DNA of 64,000 bases, from the NCBI GenBank assembly GCA_964247055.1, contig OZ176055.1, positions 3,224,001-3,288,000 on the forward strand. Direction: 5' to 3'. Below are positions 14,101 to 28,137 of this stretch, piece by piece; position 1 is the first letter of the stretch; each line of letters begins with the position of its first letter. The position numbers were made by a program, and so were the translations under genes. A model generated the notes under the pieces. It was not told the DNA's origin and ran no database searches. It saw only the letters and a list, made by a program, of their open reading frames with translations. The DNA is from Paragordius varius. Taxonomy: Eukaryota > Animalia > Nematomorpha.

Positions 14101-17100
14101 AAATTGTTTTAGACAAATAAATTACTTAAAAATATTCGATATTGTATAAAAACTTATGACTATAATTTATAACACCAAAATATGAGTCATTTAAACTAAA
14201 AAAGGTTTGATTGATTAAGACATTATTCAATCCGCCACGCTGTCCTTTTGCCGAAACAATAATTTGTGAATCGCGACAAAAAAACGCGCGCAAATAATCG
14301 ATTAAGAATGCAAAATAAGATTGACGTATTACATATGTTAGGGCTTTTCTCAGAAGACTATTTTATTATTCAAAATATTAATAAATTGTAACTTGTTGGA
14401 GCTAGTTTTATGCGAAAAAAGATGAAGGGGCGAATATAAGTACCTCGACGATGAAATACCCTTTTAAAAAAGTATTGATTATTGAGTGAGGCTCATATCT
14501 TCGCATAAGGAGTTCGAACCTATGGCACTAAAGGGGTTTGGTAAAAACAGAGTATCATTTAACAATGATTTGACTATACCAGTCTAGTTATTACCGGTTT
14601 AACCAAGAGAAGATGTCAGAGTAAAATACGCAGTCGAAATTGATAAATACCCCATTTTATTATCTAACATTAAAGGATAAACTACACATTGCCAAAAGAT
14701 AGCGCTTTATTTTTATAATTCGAGTAATCATGTTAAAGTTTTCGTCTGAAAAATTACATTTCTGACGCGCCTTGCCATCAGAAGAAAAAGCATGTTAAAA
14801 ATTGTTGTTTGCTGGCAGAAACATATGATCTTGTGAAATCCTGCTTTAATATTTTGAATACGGATATTTTTGCAACAAATTGGGATGATAAATTGCCTAA
14901 TTTTGCATCTCCAAAGCGGAAAGACGACCTTGCCAAGCCGGTTAATAATCATTATCACCAAGGCGAAATCGCTTTGGCAGGAAGATCTTGCTCTGTGTCT
15001 GGTGTGATTAAAGCAATATTGTGTTTTATAAACCTTTGCAACCAGACTGTTAGTGCACAACGCTTCGGCCAACAAAGGAATATAAACCATGCAATAATCG
15101 ATAAACGACCAGATTACGGAAGATATGGCAAGATAATTTCCAAGCAACACAGAATCGGTAAATAATAGTTGATCAATGGGAAATTTTTCGCCCTCATACT
15201 ATCCTGACAAAGTGCCGTCTGATTAAGTACACCCTCGCAGAGCAGCACTTTAATGATTTCGAGGAGTTTGGTAAATAGCGCCTTGCTCTGCCGCAGAAGA
15301 GAATGAATTTTCTGGCATGACATTAGTATATTACCTAAGAGAGAAATATATAGGAGCCGCTGTACTTTTTTTTAAATATTGTTTTCCTTTTAAAATATAT
15401 TTTTTACCGCAAAATCGGTAAAAACTTATAATTAAATCTCGTAATTGGCGCATTGGTAAAATATAAATAGGCACTGATACGGGTCATAAAATTGCCATTA
15501 AAAGCATGAGCTTAAACATTATTTTGTATAAAAAAATTTAAACCTTCAATTAACGATCAATTTTTTTTTGTCCTATATAACAGGGGTGGCCAAAAGGAAC
15601 ACCGCGGTCGATTTCGTTCCCATTCCAAAACCTGCCCGGATGAAAATTTTTAAAAAATAAAAAAATACCTTTGCATGGAATGTTTTTAACAAAATTAATT
15701 TTCTTTAATTTATTTTTGATTTGCAATGTACGATTTTTCTGAATTACATTAAAAAACTAGATTAAGAAGCGATTTTAGACTGATTGTGGATATGTGTAAT
15801 TTTTTCTAGATATATTTGTTGCAAAAATTATCTAAATCTTTCTAAAATGCAGCACGATTAACCATCTTACATCTAAAAAAATGCAGCACGATACTTTTTT
15901 CGATTTGATCAAATATTATGTCTTAAGCTTATGTCCATTATTTAACCTGTCATGCAGTAATCCATAAAATCTGGTATATAAAAATCTTTGCCAAGAGCTA
16001 CAAATCCATTTTTTACTTCAATCATCTAAACTAAGTCTCAAGATGTACAGTTAATTATCCATTGTAAATTTAATAATTTTAATATGTGTACTGTTCTGAA
16101 TCGTCGCAATAAAATTTGGAAAAATTAAGATTCTATATAAAAGACTACTAAAAATTTGTAATATTTATTTTAAAATGACCTGTGCTAGTCAATAGAATAT
16201 ATATTTGTGTTAAAGTGATAAAATCTTTAAATAACTTATAATCATGCCGCGTAAATTTTTTCCCAAAAAAGTAGCCCACGGGAAAAAAAGTTGACGACCC
16301 ATGCTATAAAAAAACGTAAGCTTTAAAAATTAGATTTAAAAATCAGGGGACCAATAATTAAATATAAATAAATAAATATATTAGAATATAAAATTTGAAC
16401 AATATAAGAAAGAGTTTTGAGGGATGGACTGAAGAGCACTTGATGATTTTAATATGATTATGCCGTTTCAAATTGAAATGTTTTTGTTTCCGGCCTCAAT
16501 TTTTTTATTAAATGGGAATATTGTAACTAAATGATATTAATAACTTATATATAATATTTACATATACAGATATGGAAGGAGTCCAAGACGTTTTGTAAGT
16601 TTCTTATAGTTACATCAATTAAAAATTTTCATTGATTTGGATATTTCTTTAAATTTAATTTTGTTGAAAATTATTATTTTAAATTTTTGTTCAAAAAAGC
16701 AACTCAAAAAATTTTATAATAACTCTTTATATAAAACTCAAATATTTTATGTTAGAAACCCTAAAAATTATATTATGTCATAATTTAGCGATAAGTAAGA
16801 CTAATTAAAACAAAAGTTAATTTATACATTAAATTTAATAATGAACAAATAAACTTTATTTTTATCCTTTTGTAACATTTTTTTAATTTAAATATATCTT
16901 GAATTTCATTGCAACACACAACTGCTATTAAATATCTAAAATTACCTAAATTTTTAATTTTAATTTAATTTTGATCAATGTATGCTGTTATATGCCAATA
17001 TTTTCAACAATGTTAAAAATTTGGCGAGAAAAAGATGAGATTTTAACACGATGTTGCAATTTTAAATATATTTTTATAATAAAATTGTTATTTCAATTGG

Positions 17101-17320
17101 CCCAATATCCTAGATATTTTAAAAATATATAAAAGTTGCAAATCACTTTCGGATATAAAACTCACCCATTTTACCAAAATCTTAACTAGCAATCGAAATT
17201 ATAAAAGGGAAATGTATGGGCTTTAGGCATCTAGTATACACATAAGTTTAAATTTATATTATTTTATTTGATTAGTATCGCATATGGATGCCTGCATATG
17301 ACGATAGGGACTATAAGTGA
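11147..17320 (+). CDS. Putative small secreted orphan peptide (104 aa, 3 exons)
   Basis: Exons 11147-11391 (..CCTAG|GTAACG), 16570-16594 (TACAG|..TTTT|GTAAGT) and 17276-17320 (GATTAG|..AAGTGA) join in frame. Product: MISISPRVLFVSISVFMLIMGGNLDNL...FPRYGRSPRRFYRIWMPAYDDRDYK*. Hydrophobic N-terminus; AATAAA near 17445. Exons 2-3 rest on splice signals and frame only. Confidence 0.55.
11903..12107. mobile_element. hAT-type MITE related to the 1562-1870 element
   Basis: CTGGGATGTCCAACAC ... GTGTTGTACATCCCTG; flanks GTTTGCAT / GTTTAAAT; right end resembles that of the 1562-1870 element. Confidence 0.6.
12400..13650 (-). pseudogene. Possible heavily decayed Tc1/IS630-type transposase remnant
   Basis: Broken-frame fragments such as LRKSWKH*LCQMGLK, LILIDHFPSY and HIRLFP occur in the order expected for a DDE transposase; many stops and frameshifts. 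Confidence 0.3.
14740..15350 (+). pseudogene. Decayed mariner (Mos1-like) transposase, catalytic region
   Basis: Across frames: NWDDKLPNFASPKRK ~ TGDEKWIFFVNPKRK; PRRNRFGRKILLCVWCD ~ RPNRFGKKTMLCVWWD; QTVSAQRFGQQ..KRPDY ~ ETVNTARYQQQ..KRPEY; TLAEQHFNDFEE ~ ALAEQRFDSYES; FWHDISILPKR ~ YWRGIHKLPER. Confidence 0.85.
15581..16303. mobile_element. hAT-type non-autonomous element
   Basis: CAGGGGTGGCCAA ... TTGACGACCCATG; 8-bp flanks CTATATAA / CTATAAAA. Confidence 0.65.
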
Positions 17321-17730
17321 TGTGAAACCGTATTCTCAGTCAAATTTATCCCACTCTATGTTATAAATTTTTTAAACATCTTCATTTATGGCTTTTATAT
17401 TCATATTTGTAACTTAAAACATTGGTAACTCTGTTACTATATCAATAAATAAATGATTGATATATAACTGCTATAGTTAGGCGATTTATATTGTTATCAT
17501 AAAAAACAAAATTCTACTTAAAAATTATCTAACAATATGAGCCATACATCTTCATTTATTGCTCTCATGCCAGGTATTTTAAAGTCCTTCTATTAACATT
17601 TATCTGCATTGTGATACATTTTATATATGTGCCAGTTTTGAAAACAGTAATTGTATTAAAATTTAACTTAATTGTAATTTTCAATTATATCTGTCGTTTG
17701 GACATTACAACATAAATATGAAAGATATAT

Positions 17731-20700
17731 TTATATCAATGATTGTCTAGAAGTTACCAATAATTGGTATGGTGGGGGGAATCGAATAATTTCCATGTTA
17801 TCATCTTCAATATCAACTTGATTTGTATCAGAATCGCCGCATTTACTGGCATTCTTGTTAATGCCATTATCTAATTGGGGGCCAGAGTCCCCAAAAGTAA
17901 ACTTATATCGGTAAATCAAGTGAATTAAAATTATAAAAGTAGCTGGTTTTACAATAGGCATTCCAATACACGCTCTAGGTCCTACATAAAAATATTTAAA
18001 TAGACAATTTTCTATAATACAATTTCAACATAAATAATGATATTTAGTTAAAAAAAGTTTGTGGATATCGCAAAAGGTATGTATGTATAAAAAGTATAAA
18101 ACATATAAACAAGAATGCGTAACTTTAACCCTACCCCAATGCTTGTTAATTATACCATTTTTCAGTCAAAAGAAACACTTTTAACCCAACAAATGTTGCG
18201 CTTGCTTGGAATCGCGGTTTCTTGTAAAAATGTTGCGTTTTGATTAAATAAAATGGTGCTTTTGACTGAAAAATGATATATAATGTACATTTTCTAAAAC
18301 TTTTGGCGGTATTAATGTACCCCAAACTTAGTTCTAGTAATAAATATTTTATTAAACTATATTTGTCATTAATATCATAAACTATATCTTTTTGCCATCG
18401 AATCCAAAATGAAAGCGTCGTATCGAAACTTGGAATATAACTTGAAATTTACAGGTAACTCGTTAATCAGGGTTAATAATTTTGCTGTTTAGACTTTGGC
18501 ATTTATATATGTAAATTTAATTTATCTAAATATATGTTAGGACGGATGCACCATATGAAAATATGTTGTTAAAATCATATTTGAGACCTAAAAAATTTAT
18601 AACCAATAGTCGGTTATAATTTCTATAATATATAAAATATTGGGTTTATCTAATAATTTTTGTCCCATTATTATGGAAATTGTAAGCTTTATCCTTTTGA
18701 GGCCCAGTTGATTTGTAGCCAGTGTTTCAGACTTTTAGACTTAAAAAAACATTACAAAATATTTATTGCCCCTAAATCTTTTAATAGTTAGCCTTGTTTC
18801 TGCAACACAGGCCATTAACCTATAGTTTAAAGTTGGTAACTAGTCCGCCAAATTAATACAAATTAGCTACCAATGGAAAAGGGGAAAAAGCTTGATTTGT
18901 CGCAAACATTCATTGTAGAATTTAATTCATCTAAAATTATAAGAAATTATGATTTAAGTATTAATTTGAAATTATATTTTAAAATTAAAAATAAAATATA
19001 TGTAACTATCGGGCAATTATATTGAACCAAAAATATTATTATACATAAAGTGTGTAGATTTTTCGGTTTGCCCTAATTAATAAGATATTTATAATGTCAA
19101 ATAAGAGTTTGTGACAAAAAATATAAAACATTAATATTTTTTTCATAAGAGTTTTGAAGTGAACATTATAATAAACTAATATTAAAATGTTGTCAATAAA
19201 AGTAATCAAAACATATGATTTATTTTCGGTATTCAAGATTACGAAATAAATTTACACCTTTAAAAAGTTATAGCAAGATTTAATAAAAAATTAAATTATA
19301 GGGACAAAACTTAAAAATATAAAGGCGTATAATTGTTTAAAACACCATTAAACATGATTTTTTATCTAGGTCATTGTTTTTATTACACTTTGATTTTTTG
19401 GCTATATTTGAACTTATCAGTAACGTTAAGTTTTTTTAAATAATTCATATTTTATATTTTGGTGCATTAATGATTGTATAAGTGCAAACTTTTGGACTAG
19501 TTTATATTTACTCCATATTTTTTAAGTTATTTGATTAAACAGGTCTAATCTCACCAGAGTCCCCACTTTGAAATTTATTAAATTATCACCCGTGAAATCT
19601 TTTAACGTAATTAACAATCTAAAGCTTAGAAAATATTTATAATTCCATAAATTTACTTTTTAAAAATCGCTTTGGATTAAAGTGGAAAGGGTTTTTCCAA
19701 TATTTAGGGTCATGATGAATGGCATACATGTTTGGTAGAATGTATGATTCAGCAGGAATAGAATATTTATTTAAAAAATTTGGACATTCTTTGTGGTTTT
19801 GGTGAAATAATCCCATTGGCACAACGGATGCTACAGATAAAACAAATATATTAATAATTCCAAAAAATGATATTACAACGGCCAGAAATTTTTTTAGATT
19901 ATACCGAAATGGCTTTTACTAATTAAACTTTATCGAAACTTCATTGAACAATCTAGATCATTTAGCAAATTCAACAAATATTAATTTATAATTATAATAA
20001 TATTATTATTGGGTTAAAATTGCCTCATTTCCCTCTTCTTGATGTTTACCAAGTGCATAATCCTAACCGGCAAAAAGAAGACGTCAGTGAATTGAAATAG
20101 CCGATTATTTTATCACAGACGCCATTTAGTTCATCTGCTATTAAACGACAAATATAAACACGTTTCGTTGGCCAAACACCCCTGTCAAATTTTGTGTACA
20201 ACAGAAGAAAAAGGATTTTAAAAATCATGTTTTATTGTAGAAACATATGATAAACATCCATTTATTAAAGCACGTTAAAATTAGAATTTGTCGTATCAAT
20301 ATGAAAAAGAGTCGGCACTCTAGCACACTACACAACTGCGGAGATGATAAAGTGGAAGAATTATTATATGATGATTCCACTCAAACTAAACGGAAATTTG
20401 CAGGAGCATAGTATCACAAAAAACAATCAATAGAATTTTACGAGCAATGAAAAAGATTCATAATGGTAAATGGGTAACACATTCATTAAACGTCGAATTA
20501 AAAATTGCAGTGGCTTTTGACTTGTTGCTTCAAGGTCAAGTTAAATCGAAGGTAGAAAAAATTGCGGCTTTTATCATGGTAAGCCAGCTCATTAAGATCA
20601 AAGCCAAATACCGCGGCAAGAAATCCATAAACTTTTGGTGGGATCAGAGTAGTATTATTAGTGCCGTAGCTAGGAAGAGGGGGAAGGGGGGCTGATTGAC

Positions 20701-23700
20701 CTTTAAGCTTGATCAAAATTACACTTAAGTGTTATTAATATTAAAATCTAAGCAGTTTAACATCCCTATTTATTATATCTCTCGGCTTTAATGTTTATAA
20801 TACCTAAGGATTACCATTCTTTTTCGGAAAGCCATTTTCCAAAAAATTATACCGGCTACGCATAGAGATGAAGTTCATATACTGCTTTTATGCAACATTT
20901 ATATTTATTAAGTCAAATTCGCGAAGAAACTAATATGATTCATTATTTTTAATTACTGATACATTTGTAAGCAAACCGTCGTTTTCAAAGGAATGGGGGT
21001 GAATGTGCATGTTTTTTTGTTTTCATTAATGACGAGCCACATTTTATCCCTCTCGCGATTTATTCGATTATTTTTTGAATGCAGGAGGCGCCAGGAATGC
21101 AACAATGCTCCGTCCCATAACATAATCGGCGAAAGATACATTATATTGTAAATCAGTTTTTCCGCATGGGTCACACGTTTACACAGCTAATTGATAAATT
21201 TAAAGACGTTGAAAAATGGCTTACAAATTGTGCCACAAAAAGGCAATCAGTTTTGGCATGGAAATCGTATATTAACATTAATTTGAATAGAATAAATAAT
21301 TTAATTCCCTTTAAAATACCATAAAACAGGTAAAAACTTTACACTATAGCTGATAAAAGCAAATTAGCTCATTTATATATGATGTATTTTTAGATAAAAA
21401 CGGTTCTGTAAAGCTAAAACTCCAAAAATAGTATGCAATTTTCCACAATGGTCTAACCAGTTAGTGAATAGATTGGAGCCCTAGTGAACCTAATACAGTA
21501 TCAATAATCATTTTTAATATTCTTTAATAAAAATTAAATTTATTACAAAAACGATAAATGTCATCATAAGGATAAGGCATATGTTCTCTCAACAACAAAG
21601 GTTTTTTTAAGGGTTCTATTCTACAATATGCGGAGCATGATTTATTTGCTACTAGTAAGTTATGGTGACGCTCAAAATAAAGATCAGCTACGTGCCTAAA
21701 ATCAGCTAAAAGCTCAAACTTTTACATAAAAGTTATAAAGAAAAATTAATGCATAGACAACCTCTCCTGTGTATTTCCATGATCACGGCATTCGTGTATG
21801 GAAAATGTTGGTGAATATTGTAAGGCACATACATATCAGATCCTTCCATTTCTTTATTTTCCGTTAAATGAATCATATTATCTTGAATTTCTGCCAAAAT
21901 CCGTTCCTGAACATCCAGATGCCTGGCCATAAAGTAAAAAGCCCATTTAAAAAATGCCGGGGATGTTTGACTCCCACCATACAGCAATTCCGTAATGATT
22001 ACAAACATAGACATACCTTACAACAAGATTTATTTAACATTGATTAAATAATAAAAATGAGTAACATTTTTTTAATCGAGATGGCAGTAATAATATTGTT
22101 ACCAGTGTAATTATCTTCTCGTTTGCCATGTAATAAAAAATGATATATGGATGGGGTTTCTTTACCCGCGAACGTGTCAGGATTTTTGGAATATGGTTTT
22201 GGGGTAAATAATTTGTTTTTATATTCGTATCCGTTATATATTTCACACATGTAGCCCTCTCTTACAAGATCATCAATGACCCCTAAAATATTTTTCGGTG
22301 CCTCAAAAAACGGTAGCTGCTTTGGGTCGTCTATGTTTTCTAAGTTATTATCATTAATTTTTGTGGCAAAATGTTCTTGGAACGTTGTAAACGATACTAC
22401 TTCTGTCAAATTATTACGGTAAAAATATAGTTATAATATTATCTAAACGACAAATATTTTTTAAAATACAACCATGCTTTTTAAGCCTTATTTCACACAT
22501 AAACGCTTTATTTAACGCTTTATTTAAAAAACATATGAAATTAAGTACAATTTAAGTCTCAATTCTTAATCTGCATCCAATATCATAAGTTATTAAATAA
22601 TAAAGTTAAATAAGTATGGTTTTATTCAAAAACATATTCTTTTAGTTTATATATATATAGTAATTAAATATAAACTTTTGATTTTTCTTTCATTTGCATC
22701 ACTAATGGATTGAAGGACAAAATGTGAGACATAGTTTATGGCATGGCTTAATTCATTAAAATAAAAGTGTCTTTTAACAATTGATATATCGCGAATCCAC
22801 GAAGGTAGAAGATTGAGCATCATGGTTTTGTTCCCTATACATATATAATATTTGGGCAAAATTATATTTCAAGATATACACTAAATTAAATCGAAGGTTT
22901 AATCGCTTAAAAATAAATATCAGTTTAAGAAGAAAGCTAACAATTATAAAGCTTCTTTATTAGGACAAATGTTGATGAGCAAAAACGCAACATATCTGAT
23001 CTGGCTTTACATACTAAGATACCGTTCTAAGGTTATTCAGATTTACTATCTACGCCTCACAAATTATTTGAACAATTCGAAATCATCCTTTAACATTTTA
23101 AATTTACCCTCGAACAAATCAAATTCACCCTAAATATAAATTGTGTTTCGGGATGAGATATTTCTTTATGACATAACCCATTATTGTTTCGGTTTATATT
23201 ATATAAAAAGAAGTTTTTTAAAAAATGTAAAAAATATAGGTAATATATAAGGTTCAGATATATATATATATATATATTATTTTAGGGTGCATTTGAGTTG
23301 TTTAAGGGTGAATTTGTTGCGTAAATGGTATATTTAAAAATAAATATCGAAATCGCCAATAAAACTTTAGTATTTTGGTTGATAATGGGTTGAGTTAACC
23401 TTTTTACATGTATTTTTTGTTTAATCTATCAGTTGATAGTTAAAATTAAAACATTAAAGTTATTCCAACTAAAATTAAAAAGAGCTGCTTTGCATACATA
23501 CAACGATTAATATTTAAAATTAATATAATTTAAATAATTTCGTATAATGTGGTATTTTCGCCAAATTTTTAAATATATTTAAAACTTTATACAAGTTTAA
23601 TAAAAAAAGATTGTGTTAACCAAAAAATATATAATGTTCATTGATGATGTTTAATAGCTATACCTAAAAGATCAAAAGTTTTCGTTATGTTATAGATAGT

Positions 23701-26700
23701 TGGGGAAAAGTTACGCTCCTTATAATCCATCCGATTCCCAAATAAAACAAAGTACATTATGTTTATTAAACACTTGTGGATTAATTCATTCAAAACATTG
23801 GCATTAGCGAATAAATCAAATTTATTATTACAAAGTTCCTGATCTATTGCATTGCAAAGATGGTGGACCTAAACCAGAGTTATTACAGAGTAAAAGCATA
23901 TTATTGATTATATATATATATATATATAATTCAATCAAACACTTTTCAAGGAAAAGTCAACATTTACTTCCATTTGGATGAAAAATTTTGCTTTGCTTGA
24001 AAAATGTTTCGTCTGCTTAAAAAATGCATTTGAATTAAATAAGGATGAAAAAATTTTGCGTTTGGTTGAAAAGTGTTGCTTTTGTCTGAAAAAATAGTAT
24101 ATTAATTATTAGTGATTTAACAATTTAAATATGTGTAAGAGGATACTAACCATATAAATATTATGTTCATAATTAATCCAAAAAACGAAAGATATAGTAA
24201 ATTTATTTAAATTTTTTGTTATATAAAGAACCCTGATAGCCAGTAATATTGTTTCTTATTGTATAAGTTTTGAAAAAATTTAAATAAAGATGATTTAAAA
24301 AAGCATTGCAATACTTCAATATTTATGCACTTTATAAACGATGGATCATCAGTTATAGTTTTGAGAGCGGAAACAACAAATTTTTTCTGTGCTTTTCGGA
24401 TCATACCTTCCCCATGAAGTAAACCTAATATTAAATCAATCAATTAATGGCATGATAATCAGTGTCACTTTTAAATATCAATAATATTAATTATACGTAT
24501 TTATTAATAAAATAATTTCTCAAAAAAGCGACATATATATTATCCGTTATTATCTAATATGAGATAGCCGGTTCAATTTGCCATTTTTTACCTTTCTATG
24601 GTTCCTGAAATTATCTGTACAATAATTTTGATACAGTTGCGGTTTAAAATTATTTTGATCAAATATTTATATATTATATTCTATTAATTGACATTCAAAG
24701 ATTGCTCAATTATTTTTATCGTCAAGTATTAGCTCATTGCAAAAAAATGTGTAAAAGATTTTTTTGGATGATATATTTCTATAAGAAATCAATTTATTTT
24801 GAGACAATATTTAAAATGATAGATTGTATTTAAAATTAAAACAATCATTTTTCCGTAATTCCAGTTTAAAAATATATTTAATAAGTTTGTCTTATAAAAT
24901 ATCAATGACTTAAAAATGTTGCACTAAAAATCGCCCTTCTACAAATTAATATTAAATAGGGTAACGTTAGTATATTAAATAAAAAAAATCAGTTCATAGG
25001 AAATTAGAAGGATTTTATTCTTTAGGCTTAAGGTGATGTTAAACATGGGATTCCCCTCAAACATATCTCGGTTCACATTTTTTATATAAATCATAAAATA
25101 TTTAATGAACGAAAAAAGCAATAATAATTATGCGTTAAAATTGATTCAAAAAGGTACAAGATATACGAGTATGGTGTTTATATTGAATATACTTATTAAC
25201 TAATAAAATTAGATGACAAAATGAAATGCTTTTCATAACGGAAAGCTCCTGTGTAACGAATAATGCAATTATATAAAAAAATTATTTAATTTTATGTGCT
25301 GAGGATACAAAATCGAATTTTTCGCCCATAAGGTCGCATAAAAATATACATAACTAAGGTAAACGCTTTTTATCTAGTATATAAACCGCATTTTTTATTA
25401 CTACCTTTATTATACTGAAACACTCTTATATGCATATACATTTGTGCTTTCGTGTTATATTTGCGCATTGAGTCAGCATATAAAACGTTAAAAAGTCTGA
25501 TTTTTACTTTGGGTAATGTGACCAGATAGGATGTTTTTCGCAGTACAGTACTGGGAACTGCGCCTGTACTGCGCCCACACTTTTGTACTGCTTTTTGAAA
25601 ATGAAAAAAATTTAATTTTTAATATATATTTACTAATTATCTTTTATTTATTCAAAAAAATTATTTTAGAATTTAATATTATACCCTCAATAAAAATAAC
25701 CCCATAATTTGTAAAGGAATGGTTCATTTTGCGGTAAAAAACTAAGATTGGCCTATTTTTAATTGGTTAATATTTAATTTTCTGCTTGAATCATACATAA
25801 AACTTAGGAACGCAGACTTCGCGCAGTGGCGAAACTATAAATCTCGGACACCGTAGCTAACGGCTCTTTCACTTAGGGCTTTCGCAAAAAGAGGTGCCTC
25901 AAAATTTAAAATTAACAAAATTAAATTATAATATTTTAATAAATGTTTGATGCTTACGAATTTTTTTTGTTACAATCATCAATATATAGAAAATTGTTAT
26001 CCCCGTAACATATTATATTAAATTTATATAAGGCATATGATTTCGAAATAACCTTTCGTATTAAATTAAGAGTTTTTACGTTTCAACTCATTAGCTGGGA
26101 GGTATGATATTACTCAATTTTTTCCTAAACTTTAATTTTTATTAGATTTCTTATTTTTTATAAACAAATTTGAGATATTTTGTTGAAGCGTACTTCCAAC
26201 GATTTTGAAGCATGATGGAAACGGTATAACGCTTTAAGATATAATAAATCCCTTTTTCTAATTAATTCGATGATGTGGAACATTACTATAGGTTCAGAAT
26301 TTTAATTTAAAGGTTTGTTCTTGCAATTTTGGTGAATTTTTGTAAAAAAAACACAATTTTTATTTAACATAAATTTGAAAATGAACGAATTATTTATCAA
26401 AATGATTGAGAATTAGCATTATCTATAACATCTCAACCGTTTATATCGTTTGCATCATGCTCAAAATAATAACGCTTCATAAAATTTTGCTAAATATCAA
26501 AATTTAGTATATATTAAAAATTATTGCACAATGTCAGAATTTCGCTTTTATTTTATAATAGCAGTCCATTTAAGAGCCTTTGGGACTTTCAGAGCCCACA
26601 TTTAAGAATTTAAATTTTTAAAATAATGCTTTTTATAAGTAGTTTGTGTTATATTTCGATATTTTTGAAATAAAGCATTTAGCTTTAACCAAAAAATATG

Positions 26701-27634
26701 AAATTGCGCATGCAATTTTATACGGAGCACCTACCACAAATGTGTGAAATACTTTCTTTAATAACTCGCAAATGTTAAAACCAAAAGCACCATGATAATC
26801 CTGACATTTTCCTATCACAATATATATATATATATATATATATATTTCATCAGGATATTTTTTGGAAACTGTGTATTCCCGCGCGATGGTGTAAGAACAG
26901 GCAAATGTTTTAATTTTGTACTGCATCTAAGTTCAAAATATCTGGTCACATTAACTTTGGGTAAATACTAATTAGTTATGAAAGTATAGACAACTTTTCT
27001 ATTTATATTTTTAAGAGTATAAATTTTGTGGTACTTGCACGGTTTTCTATCCATGTCAGTTTTAGATAGGCGGCGCAGCCCTCCTTTAATCTTTCTGAAC
27101 TCGTTTGCAAAATTTAAGCGCTTATTCTTTAAAATAAATAAAATAGCTATTTATTCCAATTATGACTATAAGAAAAATTTGTATTAATATACTATGTCCT
27201 TTTGTCCCAAGCCGAAAGGTATATAGGGGTGGCCGGCTAGAAAACATAGGTGCCTGTTTTATAAAAGCTTCTCGGACAGCGTCCCAATCATTCAAAACCA
27301 CCGTGAATTTGGGACCAAGCATGAAGCTTATGATAGAAGGATAACCAACCTTTCGTCCTAAACCATAAAAATCAAAATGCATTTTTGATGATAGCCATAA
27401 TAAGGAACCTAGGAATGGAAAACGTGGTGGCAAATAATTTATTGGCGGTGGCAGGCTAATGATATTACCATTATTATTATTATTATAATTGAATCTTAAT
27501 AATTTTTTGATCGCTTCTGCTGCCGTAATGTAAAAGACGGGATTAGTTTCAGCTTTATCATTAAATAACGAATAAACTGTCCAACATCCTAGTATGATGG
27601 ATATTACGAAAATTATTGAAAATATAATGTACAT
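17731..27634 (-). CDS. Cytochrome P450, CYP2-clan-like, divergent (~643 aa, 9 exons)
   Basis: Exons 27634-27193, 24424-24315, 23868-23664, 22834-22676, 22402-22103, 22016-21762, 19830-19657, 18587-18552, 17981-17731; total 1932 nt, in frame. N-terminal TM, Pro-rich hinge (LPPRFPFLG), VVLNDWDAVREAF..FSSRP, I-helix LLYGGSQTS, K-helix EIHR, PKRF, heme motif FSYGPRACIG split across exons 8/9. Confidence 0.92.
20150..20660 (+). pseudogene. Decayed mariner (Mos1-like) transposase, N-terminal half, in CYP intron 6
   Basis: DDKVEELLYDDSTQTKRKFA ~ EDAELQALLDEDDAQTQKQLA; LRAMKKIHNGKWVTHSL ~ LREMGKIQKVGRWVPHEL; GKKSINFWWDQSSII ~ GKKTMLCVWWDQSGVI. Confidence 0.75.
23040..23329. mobile_element. TA-flanked MITE family T (CCATTTAC ends), copy in CYP intron 3
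   Basis: Right end AAGGGTGAATTTGTTGCGTAAATGG|TA; subterminal ~21-bp repeats of the CCCT(T/C)GAACAA(A/T)TCAAATT type shared with the other copies. Confidence 0.6.
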
Positions 27635-28102
27635 ATCAAAATGTTGGTTTTTCAATAGTTTAATCAAAATAGCTTTTATCTCGCTTATTAAAATAATTGC
27701 ATGATATTGTAAATTAAATTAATTTGCTAAATTTTGAAAGCAATCGTAAAAAATTTGGTAAAAACGTATTCTTTCAAATCAAGGTAAGTAGCCTAACCTC
27801 ATACTATTTATTTCATATACGGCAGAAAAACAAATATCACACTCATAAAATTATGAGAGATACAAGAATCAGTAATTACAAATTTTTATCACGTTTTAAA
27901 ATCTGTTTTTAAAAACTAAAAGAAGGTCTATTTATACATTTTTTTTATAAGCAAAGCAATTCGATAATTTAAGGTTTTTAACATATATATTATTATTTAC
28001 TTTTAAACAACGTTATAACTATACAACTTAAAAATAAAACACTCTTTAAAATTTAAAAACAACCCTTATACCAAAATATCTTGCTATTATTAGGTTTTTA
28101 CC

Positions 28103-28137
<35 letters not shown>

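Noticed and set aside
14490-14530. GTTCGAACC B-box-like motif
   Set aside because: No cloverleaf or A-box could be built; not supportable as a tRNA or SINE.
14728-15323. Minus-strand ORFs of 140 aa and 69 aa
   Set aside because: They are antisense shadows of the plus-strand mariner remnant.
19540-19600. Possible extra CYP exon (NFTGDNLINFKVGTL)
   Set aside because: No acceptor/donor pair keeps phase with the flanking exons. Direct splicing 19657 to 18587 gives an intact PKRFLK..FSYGPRACIG.
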